This document shows, one piece after another, positions 12,351-24,216 of a stretch of 64,000 bases of DNA (its first letter is position 1; each line of letters opens with the position of its first letter). The position numbers were made by a program, and so were the translations under genes. Location: positions 194,370,001 through 194,434,000 of the forward strand of contig OX597814.1 of the NCBI GenBank assembly GCA_951406725.2. The letters run 5' to 3'. Under the pieces are notes generated by a model. The model did not search any database and had not been told where the DNA came from. It saw only the letters and a program-made list of their open reading frames with translations. The DNA comes from Octopus vulgaris (taxonomy: Eukaryota).

Positions 12351-14365
12351 GTGAGGGTATCAAGCCTCACTCCAGCAGGGAGCAAATATTCGCTGCCTGT
12401 TCTCAGTGCGTCGTACTCCATAGCCTGTCCGCTATGTCCTCTGCACTTCTCTTCTCCCCAAAGATGGGGAGATCATTTAGAATGTAGACATGGTATTAGA
12501 CCTGTCTACAGATGTAGTAAATGTGGTAGGGAAAGCGGACACCTCCATTCAATGAGGTGTCATGCCGGCTTGTGTAATGGTGCATCTGATGCACCTGACC
12601 CTAGTCCTACTCGGTCCTTTTTCCAGTGTGACCACTGCAGTTGTTCTTTTTTGATGGCTGTAGGCCAATAACAACATGAACACCATAAAAATCCTGTGGC
12701 TGCGAATGCACGTAGGATGGCTGCTCATAAAGAGCAGCTGGCAAAGAAGCGTGCTGATCGGGCAGCCGTTGCCGAGGCCTTAAGCCGAAGATGCAGACAG
12801 TCAGACGACAAAGTAGCAGTCCTCGTGGCGAAGGAGGCTGAGTTCTTGAAGGCAGGAGTTAGGTTAATCAATGCAGCCATTGCATGGTTCCTACCGGGCA
12901 AAACTGCCAAACAGGTAGGTTCCAAGAGGGTGGCCCTGGCCAAAAGGACTCGTGAGAGTCATCAAGGATCAGGGCGCCCTGTGGCCGATTCCCAGCCACA
13001 AGTCGAGGGAGGACCCCAGTCCTGTTTAGACTGGAGAGATCACTTCCTCGGCACTGCATGTCCCGGGCATACCTGTCAGTACGCGGTCTTCTCCGAGACC
13101 CTATTGGAAATCGTGGAAGACGGGACCACGGCTGCCTGGGGCTCTTTTCTTAGAAGAGTAGTGGAGCACTATAATAAGAGGCGTAGGGAAGATGCTGCCA
13201 GAGAAAACAGTGTAAATATATCTAATAATAAGCCTAACTTTCGGCGGCAGGGTAAGCTCATTAGATACGCCAGCCACCAGGACTTATACAAGAAGGATAC
13301 GAAGAGGCTCCTTGCAGTTGTGTTAGGCAAGGATACAGAGCAGGGATGCCCAATCCCTATGTATGCTATAGAAGAGTTCTATAGGGGAAGGCTTTCCACA
13401 CCAGGCCCTGAGGTTGACCTCTCCGACTACTCTTCCTCCTCCCAGGTTGAGAACAGTCCTATTTTGCGGCCGTTCTCGGTGGAGGAGATTAAAATTAGTC
13501 GGAGACGAATGAACATCTCCTCAGCAGCGGGTCCTGATGGACTCGCAATTAGTGAGATTAAATCCATGGACCCAGCTATTCTTACGAATGTTTGCAACTG
13601 CATGCTCCTGGCAGGTAAAGTACCCGATATCCTGAAGAGTGGTAGATCCGTCCTCGCATCAAAGAGGGCGGAAGATCCATATGATCTTACAAATTGGCGA
13701 CCACTGACGATATGGTCCACGGTATATCGTCTTTTTACTAAAATGGTCACAAAATGTATGCTTCAGGTAACTCCCCTTAATCCAAGCCAACATGGCTTTA
13801 TCCGCGCTGACAGCTGCAGTGAGAATTCGTTTCTCCTTCGGCAGCTTGTCAGCCGGGAGAGAGGGTGTCCTATCTAGGACTGAACATTCCCACATGGAAT
13901 TTGAGCTCATGACGAGAATTTACTTCTGAATCAGTGAAGCATGTGTCACTAGATATAAGTAAGATATGCAGGGCTCCGCTGAAACCCCGACAAAAATTCC
14001 TCTTGCTGCAGCAGTATTAACTGCCGAGGCTTTTTAATAGTCTAGTAGAGGTGCTGCCATCAAGAGGAATTCTTGAGCGGCTTGACACAGCCATCCGCAT
14101 GGGGGCTAGGAGAATGTTACATCTCCCTGAAACTACTTCCTCTTCCTTCCTTTATAGCAACCGGCGTGACGGAAGGTTGAGTCTTCACCAGATGGTGAGA
14201 CTTATACCGAAATGCCTCATTCGCTGTAATCTTCGCCTGCTGACCTCTGGATATGACCGTTAGAAAGCTTGCGGATTCTGAAGAACTAGCTGAACAGAAC
14301 CAGCAATTTATAGCAACCTATGACTTGCCGTTCCTACCTGTGGGCGCTACTGAGTACAATACTGA
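12351..14365 (+). mobile_element. R2-type non-LTR retrotransposon copy A (R2-A architecture), internally deleted and decayed
   Basis: CCHH-CCHC-CCHH zinc fingers (12351-12690), Myb (INAAIAWFLPGKTAKQV), RT0-3 (SAAGPDG, NWRPLTI, LNPSQHGF). The sequence then jumps at ~13860-13970 to the thumb region (APLKPRQK, LHLP..FLYS..DG.L). Confidence 0.85.
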
Positions 14366-14369
14366 TAAC

Positions 14370-17300
14370 CGGCGCGCGTCCGATGCCGGTTTGTGATTTG
14401 GTGCCCTCGCTAGGTTATACGGGCACCGTGGGCAATGCTCCCACTTGCGGTTCGTCGGTGGTTCGCTGTGCACGGTTTCATCTCATGTTTCGTCACCGCT
14501 GATCAGGTCGGTAGTTGGATTAGCGTAATCACTCCTCGGGGCGGCCCCTACGCACGTTCGGGGTTGGGGTGTCTGGACCGTAGGCTCGAACTCACGGAGA
14601 AACCGTCGAAAAACATGATGTTACACACAAACTTCCATATACAGCAGCCAAGCACCACTAAACTGGTGGCCTCGAGGTCCCGGGAAGGGCCTCGGGGTCA
14701 GCTGCGACGTGGGACGTGCCCACGCCATGGCAAAGAGCTACTTCCCCCCGAGGTGGGTACAAGGTCTTGCCCTCCTTGGCGTAACCAGGTAGACCCCCGG
14801 AATTTGTCAGTTGAAAGTGGCTTCAGGTCACTTACCGTTTCCAGGGACAAACCGGGCCGCTTTTTCCTCGAATGCGCATCCCACACGTTGGTTCGCCGTG
14901 GCGAACAACTCCCGTCGGAACTCGCGTGGAGGCAGACCATGACGCTCTCGCCGGCCTTCCCCTATCCGTTCCCCCTCGCACTTATGAGGACGGATCACCC
15001 GCGGGGGAGGTTGTCGATAGCGACCTGGCCTGCCAACCGTCGGCTGATGCGTTCACCTTAGGGATTCCATGCGCTTCGATTTCCATAGTATGCCCACTTT
15101 GCCCTCGACACTTCTCTAGCCCCCTCGAATGGGGGCTCCACATACTCAACAGGCATAACCGTAAGCCTGTCTACAGGTGTAGTCACTGCGGCCATGAAAG
15201 TGGCCACCTCCACTCAGTCAGGTGCCACGTAGCAAAGTGCAAGGGGAACGCTGTTCCAACGGCACTAATTTCTGAGCAGCTTCCTCACAAATGTGACTGG
15301 TGCAGCCAAGCCTATCGGACGGCCTCTGGACTGTCACAACATCTTAGGCATCGGCACCCTGTGCAGGCGAACAGGCACAGGATCGAAAGTCACATGAAAG
15401 AAATAGCACGCAAAAAGGAAGAGCGTGCTCAACTCGCACGGGCCACAGGGCGGACGTCGCGAGGTTGCTGGACAGAAGAAGAGGTCGAAATCCTCCTAGT
15501 GAAGGAAAAGGAGTTGCTAGAAGCTGGGTGCAAAAGGATCAATGTGGGGGTAGCTGCCTTGCTACCGAATAAGACGGCGAAACAGATCAGCGACAAACGT
15601 CGCAATCTTCGAAGAGTACGTAAGAAGATACCACAGGTTCCCGTTGCTGCGTGAAGTACACCGACCACGAGGATTACGACACAGCCCGCAGTCTCGGACT
15701 GGCGGGAGCCATTCGGCGGAGCTGCATCACCAGGTCACTCCACTTGGGCGGCGTCCTTTGCAGATTGCCTCCTGGCACTCAGCGAGGGTTGCACGGAGTT
15801 GAACTGGAACGAGTTCGAGAGTCGTGTTGAGGAATGGGTGGGCCACATGGCATCACGCCGTGTGAGCGCTCGTGAAAGGATTAAAAGGAACGCCCCTGGG
15901 ACTGGACCAGGACCATCGAAACAGCGAACTGACGCACGAAGATCAAACGATACGCGCAATTATTCGCTCTGAACCGGAGAAAACTTATGGCAGAGATACT
16001 AGGTGAGGATTTAGGGGGCGAATGCCCTGTCCCGATGAGCGACATTAAGGCGTTCTACTAGGACAGGCTCTCCCGACCAGGGCCAGAGGTCGATCTAGGG
16101 GCCTATCCGGCCTCCTCCGCGGTAGACAACGCCCCGATTCTGCGTCCGTTCACCATAGAGGAGATAAAGATCGCCCGCCGACGCATGGATCCGGCCTCAG
16201 CCGCCGGCCCGACACCTCGCGAAGTCAGGGCAGTCGACCTTGTGGTCCTCGCTAACATATTCAATTGCCTACTACTAACAGGACGCGTTCTGAAGGTCCT
16301 GTTGCGTGGCAGGTCGATCCTCCTTTGCAAAAAGGCAGGAAGCCCTAATGACCTGTCCAACTGGCGGCCCCTCACAATCTGCTCCGCGGTGTATCACTTG
16401 TACACTAAGATGCTGGCCGCCAGGATGCTCAGGGCCACGCCCCTCAATCCCGCATAGCGCAGTTTCATTAAGGCCAACGGATGCGCAGAGAATAATTTTC
16501 TGCTTCGCCAGCTACTGGACCGCGCCCGAGGGGCAACGCACGCAAGACCCAAGCTCCCGGGGCTAGAAATAGACTTCCTTGATCTTGCCAAAGCCTTCGA
16601 TACAGTCTCGCACTCCCTCATTTTTGCGGGCATGAGAAGGCTCGGCTACCACAGCCATCTGATAGAACTAGTGGGACAGCTATATGACGGATGCACCACT
16701 ACCTTCACGATTGGGACCGAGAGTAGCACGCCTATCGAGATAAGGCGCGGTGTCCAACAGGGAGACGCCTTATCACCGCTCCTTTTTAACATCGCGACCG
16801 ACCCGCTGCTGGACACCCTGCCCGAAGATATGGGTCTCCAGGTCGGAGGTGCGGTCATGGCGGGCCTTGCATACGCGGATGACAGTGCTAGTCTCCGGCT
16901 CTAGTCGGGGACCACAGAGCCTCCTCGACCGTTGCTCAGAGTTCTACCACATGGTAGGGCTCTCCATTAATGTTGCCAAGTGCTCATGGTTCTCCATTCG
17001 AAACTGGGGAAAGTCTTTTTTGGTCAACATGTCATCGCCACCGAAACTCGAGGGATGTTCACTGCCACGAGTCGAACCAGATGAAAGCGTGCCGTACCTA
17101 GGGGTAAAAACTCGCCCCTGGTCGACACAGAATGGAGATACATCGGTTGAGAACGTAACACGATGTATAGACGAGTTATGCCAGGCTCCGTTAAAGCCCT
17201 GCCAGAAGTTTCTGATGCTACAACAGTATTACCTGCCGAGTCTAACGCAGGCGATACCCTCAAAGGTAGCGTTAGAGAGACTGGATTTGGCTGTAAGAGG

Positions 17301-17710
17301 TGGAGCGCGTAGGATGCTCCATCTCCCCGATTCGACTACAAAAAGTTTCCTATATAGCGCAAGAAGGGACGGGGGATTAAGCCTCCGTCAGTTGGCATGC
17401 ACTATCCCGAAATTTACGTATGAATTTACGTCTACTGAGCTGCGATTACGACACCGTTCGAACAATAGCTCGGGCAGCCAATCTCGCCCATAAGAACAAA
17501 GAGCTATCAGCCCTGTTCGATTTACCATCTGTCCGAAATGATGGCAACACATACGCCCCTGACCTCCGCCTCATGCACGCCAAGAGGTGGGAATCGCAAC
17601 GGGTCCAGGGCGTTTGTGCTGCTGCCTTCAAATCGGACCCGATCGGAAATAGCTGGTTGACGCGACCAGGTGGGATATCTGAGGAATGCTACTTGGGGAT
17701 TCTCGGCTAA
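14370..17710 (+). mobile_element. R2-type non-LTR retrotransposon copy B (R2-A: 3 zinc fingers + Myb + RT), near full length but disrupted and lacking the RLE end
   Basis: ORF 14872-15654 has CPLC..H..H, CSHC..H...C, CDWC..QHLRHRH and Myb WTEEEV..KRIN..LPNKTAKQISDKRR. RT motifs NWRPLTI, FLDLAKAFDTVSH, RGVQQGDALSPLLFN, LAYADD (~16872), YLG, LKPCQK. Also RWESQRVQG, IGNSWL. Confidence 0.9.
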
Positions 17711-18020
17711 GTGTGTGTGTCGTCGAAGCGGCGAGTTCTCGGCATCGTCTCTCTCTTAAGGGTTGCTGCCTTGTCGTGGCAAGAGAACTTACGTTCGTGA
17801 TGTGAGCTGCGTCGGGCGGTGTTCGGTACACCGGGAGGTTCAACCATACCGAATTGGTCGCATCGCATTGGACAAACGAAAGTAACCCGATCTCCCTGGC
17901 AGAACCTATAGTGTGGGAGACTCCGCCGACTCTGGGGCGGTACGAAAGACGGGGCTCCGGTCCCTCCTCTCCTATGCGTGCGATTGGCTCGCTTGAGTCC
18001 TGAGCGCGCGTCATGGGGAG

Positions 18021-18352
18021 GCAATTGGTAATAGCTGGATAAGTAGGCCAGATAGGATTACAGAGGGGTGCTAATTGGGTCTTCTCAAGGTGCGCTCTAA
18101 CATGTATCCTACCCGAGAAACTCCGACACTTGGGTCCCGAGGGGACTCCACAAGTCCGAGATGTTGAGTAGGGGCAGAGATAATTTCTCATCAGTGGAGT
18201 ATGTATGTGGCGCTCTTAAAGGGCCACGACTTGCCAGGCACAATAAAATATGTAGCCTGGTGGCGAAAGAAGCCACAGACTATGGTTGGAGTGTCAGTGT
18301 GGAGCCTGTGATGCCTTGTGGGTGTGGCACTGGAAGCCCTGGGCATACATGA
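18021..18352 (+). mobile_element. R2 copy C: C-terminal fragment (linker, decayed zinc knuckle, RHN motif before the restriction-like endonuclease)
   Basis: AIGNSWISRPDRITEGC*LGLLKVRSNMYPTRE repeats the end of copy B in a divergent version; CGALKGPRLARHNKICSLVAKEA..GWSVSVEP. Confidence 0.8.
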
Positions 18353-18698
18353 CAGGTCATTTCCACGATTACTCAGCCGGACAGCAATGTTACTTACGAA
18401 CTATATGCTGAGAGACTAGCTCTCAGCATGGGGGGTCTTGCATTCATGACCCCAGTACGATGACATAGGATTGACCTAATCAAAAAGACAAATTAAAAAG
18501 AAAACTGGCTGTGACTAAATAACGACACCGTTTCAGAGGATATTTTAGCTTTTTTTTTTAACACTTATAAAATATTGTTTGGGACAGTGGGATCACCTTG
18601 GCTAAGAGTAAAGTAATGCCATGTGTCCTGTGCACATCACTAAGACGAGGCATAAGTGAGACCACCCACTATAAATAAAGGGAATCAGCGACTTAAAA

Positions 18699-18852
18699 GT
18701 CCCAAGCTGGCTAATTAGATGCCGGCCCGGTTTAGCTATCTTCATTGAGGTGTATTGTCGCGTGGGTTCCCAACGGGGACTACAGTAATTTATACGATCG
18801 TTTCTTACAACTAAAAGGTGGGTCCTTGGTTGTTTGAGAGGGTCACGTTTAG
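18699..18852 (+). repeat. Structured non-coding segment (probable R2 3' UTR) abutting the 28S remnant
   Basis: Homologous to 11434-11591; lies downstream of the R2 C-terminal fragment and immediately upstream of 28S-like sequence. Confidence 0.6.
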
Positions 18853-18860
18853 ATCTCTGC

Positions 18861-19014
18861 CTAGCGAAACGAACTGGCATGGACGGATCGGCAGAGAAAG
18901 AAGACCTTGTTGAGCTTGACTAGTCCGGTTCTGTGAGAGCACACAGTAGGCATAGCATAGGTGGTAGCATTCGCCGCTTCGGTCGTTCGGCATGGTGTCA
19001 GCTGGCCAGTTTGG
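18861..19014 (+). pseudogene. Decayed 28S rRNA fragment (region just downstream of the R2/R1 target sites)
   Basis: ctagcgaaac...gaaagaagaccttgttgagcttgact..agtccgg..tgtga..tagcataggtgg...gtgtcag.tgg..agtttg matches the conserved 28S core CTAGCGAAAC...GAAAGAAGACCCTGTTGAGCTTGACTCTAGT with deletions. Confidence 0.8.
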
Positions 19015-19865
19015 TATTCAAGTTTTCTAAGCTTTGAATGGCTGCCGCAGAGGTGCAGTCAACAACAAGATCTGTTAGAGAAGTAGGTGCACAGTACTTA
19101 CTCCAGCACTTCATTAGAAGCGCACCTCTCCAAGAAAATGTCAGATGATATAAGGGGCAATAACTTACTAGTACCAGTCATATTATGATACAAGGGGCCT
19201 GTCAATATCGTCTGCAAATTGTAAGAAGACCGTTCCACAATCTTTTTTCTTAAAAGTCAGTTTATAACTAATATACAGTATTATGTCAAATTTTGTGCCT
19301 GAATGGGACATTTTTAATGCTATGGCCTTATTTCATCCCGAAAGAGATTTGAGAACAACGGAAAAGGCCACTGACTGGTGTAAAAAATTGGGATTACTAT
19401 CAAAAGAAATTTGTTGTGGAGTGCCATAACTTGCATACGTTTTGAGCATATTTACTCTTTTATTTTATAATTATTTCTGTTGCATATCACATCATAAAAT
19501 GGGCAAAGATAAAGTGAGTACACACCACCTGACCCTCACCCTAAAACCAACCCTAACTCATGTGTGCAGTAAATCTGATTAAAAACAAGAATTTGCAAAC
19601 AATGTTGGGCTGCTCGTCTCATTTAATAATCTGATACATGCTACTGCCCCTTGTATCTTCCAACATGTTTGTTTATATTTGTGAGTACCCAATTTCTGTG
19701 TTTTATGTTTTAGTATAAAATATTTAAAAATGGATGGATCTTCCTAATTTTTGGCACACCTCATTTATTTTGGATATATTTTCCATTTTCATAATTTTTT
19801 TTTTAGAAATTAGGTGTCATTTTCTTGGAGAGTGCACTTTTAAAGAAACACCCCCCTTACTCCTC

Positions 19866-20300
19866 AACCCAGTTCAAATAGGTGGTCCTAGGAAATTTGT
19901 CGAGATAGATGAGAGTCTTGTCTTTGAGAGAATATAATCGGGGAAGGGTGATACCTCGCAAATGGGTTTTCAGAGGAGTGTGTCGCAAGACCAGACAAGT
20001 TCTTTATGCAGTACCATGTTGAAAACACGACACCAGAAGAATGCATGCGCCATTCCATTCTCCCAGGAACCACGTTATTTAGTGACCTATGGAAAGCATA
20101 TTTACATATTCCAGAGACTGAGGACTATACCTTTCGACAGAACGGTGAACCACAGCATTGAGTTTGTTAATTCCAACAATGGAAAGCACTTGGGCCCTGT
20201 GTGAAACAGTAACAAGCAACAGTGAGCCACACAACGCTCTATGATTGACTCCTATCTCTACAAACTTATATGGTGTAGATGGTACGAAGAATGCCATCTT
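19866..20300 (+). mobile_element. Merlin (ISXO2-like) DDE transposase remnant
   Basis: PVQIGGPRKFVEIDESL..YNRGR..WVF..ILPGT.LFSDLWKAY..RTVNHSIEFVN. Confidence 0.8.
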
Positions 20301-20963
20301 TTCCAAAAACTTATAAGGTATCACAAAATTTGAAAATCTTCATTGAATGTATTCAGGGATGTTCGTTTTATGATCTAAACCTGATTTTGTATTTCTTACA
20401 CCCGCCTAAAGTTTTCCAAGCTTTGAATGGCTGCCACAGGGGAACAGTCAATTACAACATCTCTGTTAGAGAAGTGTGTACACAGCACTTATAGAGATGC
20501 GCTTCTAAAGAAGCGCCGGAGTAAGAAAATATGCTTACTTGTAAAAAAAATTAGGAAAATGGGAAACATATCCAAAATAAATGAAGCATGCAAAAAATTA
20601 GGAAGATTCATCTATTTTTAATTATTAAAAAATATTCTATACTAAACTGGGCACTTGCGAATATAAACTTGTCGGACGATCCAAGGGGCAGTAACTCAAT
20701 TTTACCAGTCAGATATTAATGATACAAGGGGCCCGACACTATCGTCTGCAAATTGTAAGATCATTCTACAATCTTTTTCTTAAAAGTCAGTTTATAACTA
20801 ATATGTGCTATTATGTCAAATTTTGCACCTGAACAGGGAATCTTTGATGCTATTACCTCATTTCATCTCGGAAGAGATTTGGGAACAACGGAAAAGACTG
20901 GTGTAGAAAATTTGGATTACTATCAAGACAAGAAATTTGTTGTGGAGTGCCATAACTTGCATA

Positions 20964-21308
20964 TCTTTATATATAAAAGTCAAGTTGTGTGTCTGTCTCC
21001 TACGATTTAGATTCCTAACTACTCCCACATTTTGCGGTGCAGTTTATCTTATAGTCATGATTCATATCGAGCCCTTCTGGGTATTAGCGCGCGTCTACGA
21101 TGAGTCTACGATTTTTAAAAAAATTTACCATAATTTTTTTTCCATTTTAATGCATTTTTTGCTATTATATAAGGGAAGTAACTCTAAAAATGTCTACGAT
21201 GAGTCAACGATTTAAAAAAAAATTTACCATCATTTTTTGGCTATAACTCTAAAAATGCTCATAGTTATTTCCCTTACAAACCTGAGCAACGCCGAGCAAT
21301 ACTGCTAG
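20964..21308 (+). mobile_element. Non-autonomous Helitron
   Basis: A|TC 5' end (tctttatatataaaagtc), 3' end ...gcaacgccgagcaatactgCTAG|T; absent from the duplicated unit at ~19435. Confidence 0.7.
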
Positions 21309-21774
21309 TTGTTTAATAATTATTTCTATTGTATATCACATAAAACGGGCAAAGATAAAGCGAGTGCACACTACCTAACCCTAACCATTTTGTGCAGTAA
21401 AAAATCTGAATAAAAACAAGAATTTGCAAACATTGTCAGGCCCCTCATATCATTTAATAATCTAATGTAACCACCCCTTGTATCTGCCAACATGTTTGTT
21501 TATATTCGCGAGTGCCGGTTTTCCATGTTTTATATTTTAATAGAGAATATTTAAAAATGGATGAATCTTAATTTTTTGCATACCTCAATTATTTAGGATA
21601 TATTTCCCATTTTCGTAAATTTTTTTTTTAGAAATCCGGAATCATTTTCTTGGAGGCGCACTTCTAAAGAAACACCCTTACTCCTCAACCCAGTTCAAAT
21701 AGGTTGGTCCTAGGCAAATTGTTGAGATGGATGAGACAGTCTTGTCTACTAGAGAAGCTCCCATGACTTTCGGA

Positions 21775-21900
21775 AACATTTTTTCACGCTCAGAGTTGCC
21801 GAAGCATGGAACAAACTGCCTGCGTAAGTTGTTGACTGCCATGACACTGCATCCTTTAAGGCCCTCATGCTTTCCGAAATCCGCCGAAACTACACCTGAT
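21775..21900 (+). mobile_element. CR1/L2-group LINE 3' fragment
   Basis: FTLRVAEAWNKLPA*VVDCHDTASFKA..; same family as 33270-33530. Confidence 0.7.
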
Positions 21901-21904
21901 TGTA

Positions 21905-21979
21905 GTCTTCTACTATAGCCTCGGGCCGACCAAAGCCTTGTGAGTGGATTTGGTAGACAGAAACTAAAAGAAGCCCATC

Positions 21980-22017
<38 letters not shown>

Positions 22018-22245
22018 GTGCTTGTGTGTGCGTGTGCGCGTGCGTGTCCCTAGCATTGCTTGACAACCGATGCTGGTGTGTTTATATCCCCGTTACTTAG
22101 CAGTTCGGCAAAAGAGACCGATAGAATAAGTACTGGGCTTACGAAAGAAAAAGTCCCGGGATCGAGTTACTCAATTAAAGGCGGTGCTCCAGCATGGCCG
22201 CAGTCAAATGACTGAAACAAGTAAAAGAGTAAAGAGTAAAGAGTA
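21905..22245 (+). mobile_element. tRNA-derived SINE family A, 5'-truncated
   Basis: tcttctactatagcctcgggccgaccaaagccttgtgagtgg..(TA)n..gcggtgctccagcatggccgcagtcaaatgactgaaacaag(taaagag)n; many copies in the window. Confidence 0.85.
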
Positions 22246-22248
22246 CCA

Positions 22249-22641
22249 TGTCGGAAACACGACACTAAAAGAATGCATCTGTAGTGATGCTGCTGTGTAA
22301 GGCTCAGCGCACATGCACAGAATTGGATTACTTCCGGTTGGGCACCGGAAGTCTTCCTCATGCACATGTGCAGGAACTGACCCCTAAAACGCGGATCGCT
22401 AACTCATCCTTTCTGGCTCAAGCAGCGCTCGAGAACGGACGTGTCTTGACTTTCTGAGGACCTCACCCCAACGAATCATTTGACTCACAACAAGAAAGCA
22501 TAGCAATCAGTCCTGCGGATTTGGCTGTTGGTTTCCCACTAGAGAACACCTGCACTAGTTCTTGATTGTAACCGAGAATAAACCACCATTTACTGTGATC
22601 GTAGACGCCCGACTGTTTTTCTACCTAAATTGTATGTGACA
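22249..22641 (+). mobile_element. Possible solo LTR
   Basis: TGTC...GACA termini, ~390 bp, AATAAA near 22577, imperfect flanking gtacc/gtatc. Confidence 0.35.
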
Positions 22642-23299
22642 GTATCAGATTGGACACCCCTTCCAGTCTTACCGAACCTGATCCTATATTATTGCTAGGC
22701 ACATCTATACAAATGCATGTATCTGTGGAGGGGCTCTGTATACACATGAGAAATATCATTCTTATTCTAATTATAAGAGGTCAATTTATTAAGGGAAAAT
22801 ATATTTGAAATTTAAGAATGAAATTAATTCAATATATATAAGCTAAAGAAAAGATCTCCTAAGCAAGAAAACAAAATAAAAGAATAATAGCATAAGTATA
22901 AATAGCACTAGTTTCTCGGTTACATTAAAAAGCTAGTTCCATCTAGTTACTAAATTTAAAATATTATGTAGAAACTGAATTTCTTTTCCTGGCTGAGATT
23001 CTAAATAGAATCTAAAAATTTTCTTGCCATTCCATCTATTGTTCTGTCAAAAAGGTAAGCATGGTTAATCTATTTCCCTCTTGACCTGTGAACTGTGAGT
23101 ATCAAAGTTCACAGGCGATAACTGTCAACCTACATTGACCCCAAATCTTGTTCTCAATGGTATATGCACATCCATATAACTGATGTACATTTGTAAAACT
23201 ACAACCAGACAGAGAGCTGAAGAGAAACCACAGAGAGAGTCATGGAGATGGCAGAGAAAACACAGCAGCAGTTATGAGCAAACACAAACACTGTCTCAC

Positions 23300-23880
23300 C
23301 CCATCAACATTGTGCCATATGACATTAAAGAGGACACCGAAAGTGCCTCCATCAGTTCCTGATATCTGAAGAACTGAGAGACAAAAAGCCAAAAACTCCT
23401 ACGGAGAATGAAGCAGATTGTGGAAGAACATCCTCCCAGATGAATTTTTCAAACAGCCTTTTTTCCAGCATCTGCCCTCCAACAAACACACACTTAAAAG
23501 AAAAATTTTAAGTATCTGAGGTAAGTTCATTCACCTTAGCTACTGTGATGCCAACCATTCCTTCGACCAATGCTTTCCTTCCATCCTTCAGTGCCTCGGA
23601 GATTTCCCAATTCCATTCCTTGATGATGCAGCAGGTAATGCGAATACAGGCCCTGGTGCAACAAATTCAGGTCCTGTTACTTGGTATCCCTTCTGCAAGT
23701 CAATCTAATAGTCAATCTCAATTTGGTAGACATTCAAGAATTCCTAGTGCACCACGTCATTCACCAGCAATGTGTTCGTACCACTGTACGTTAAGGAAAC
23801 AGGCACACAAATGCAGCCCTCCACGTTCATTTATGGTGACATCTCATCTGGGAAACAACACAGCCAAGAATTGAATGCAA
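23300..23880 (+). mobile_element. Gypsy-type gag remnant
   Basis: EELRDKKP..LLRRMKQ..FKQPFFQHLP and CSYHCTLRKQAHKCSPP resemble the Gypsy gag CWYHxxFGxxAxKCxxPC knuckle. Confidence 0.55.
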
Positions 23881-23949
23881 CAAAAAGTTCCTGGTTCTCT
23901 CAACAGAGGTCACCTGTCTTTCATGAAAACTACACAAACGCCTCCTTCT

Positions 23950-24216
23950 CCAGAGCGTCGGCTGCAGGGTCATTCCGAAAAGCTCTATCTGCAATGATTT
24001 CATCTCAATCGAAGGAGAGGGGCTTTCTCGGTCCGGGTTGCGGATCCGTGGAATAAGCTGCCGGACAAGATAGTGAAGATGCTGACGACCGCTCGGTTCA
24101 AAGTCTCTCTTGACCAGAAATGGCCTGAACTCTTTGCATGAACACTACCCTGTACATAACTCCATGTCCCCCTACATGGCCTTGCTTTTTGAGCCCCAAA
24201 AATTAACTTAACTCAA
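23950..24216 (+). mobile_element. CR1/L2-group LINE 3' end
   Basis: FHLNRRRGAFSVRVADPWNKLP..FKVSLDQKWPELFA* plus 3' UTR; near-identical copy at 52685-52990. Confidence 0.75.

Larger units (their letters stand above)
19020..21750. mobile_element. Tandemly duplicated Merlin-associated unit (19020-19930 is similar to 20409-21745), each copy containing a long-TIR foldback element
   Basis: Direct repeat begins aagtttt..aagctttgaatggctgcc at ~19020 and ~20409; ~250-bp inverted repeats at 20495-20740 vs 21430-21677, with decayed equivalents at 19117-19210 vs 19600-19845. Confidence 0.7.

Noticed and set aside
14370-14620. HDV-like ribozyme at the 5' end of R2 copy B (actcctcgg resembles the L3 loop; several hairpins)
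   Set aside because: I could not assemble P1, P1.1, P2, P3 and J4/2 consistently by eye; this needs a descriptor search.
18861-19014. Functional 28S rRNA gene
   Set aside because: Only about 150 bp, with deletions and substitutions in invariant positions.
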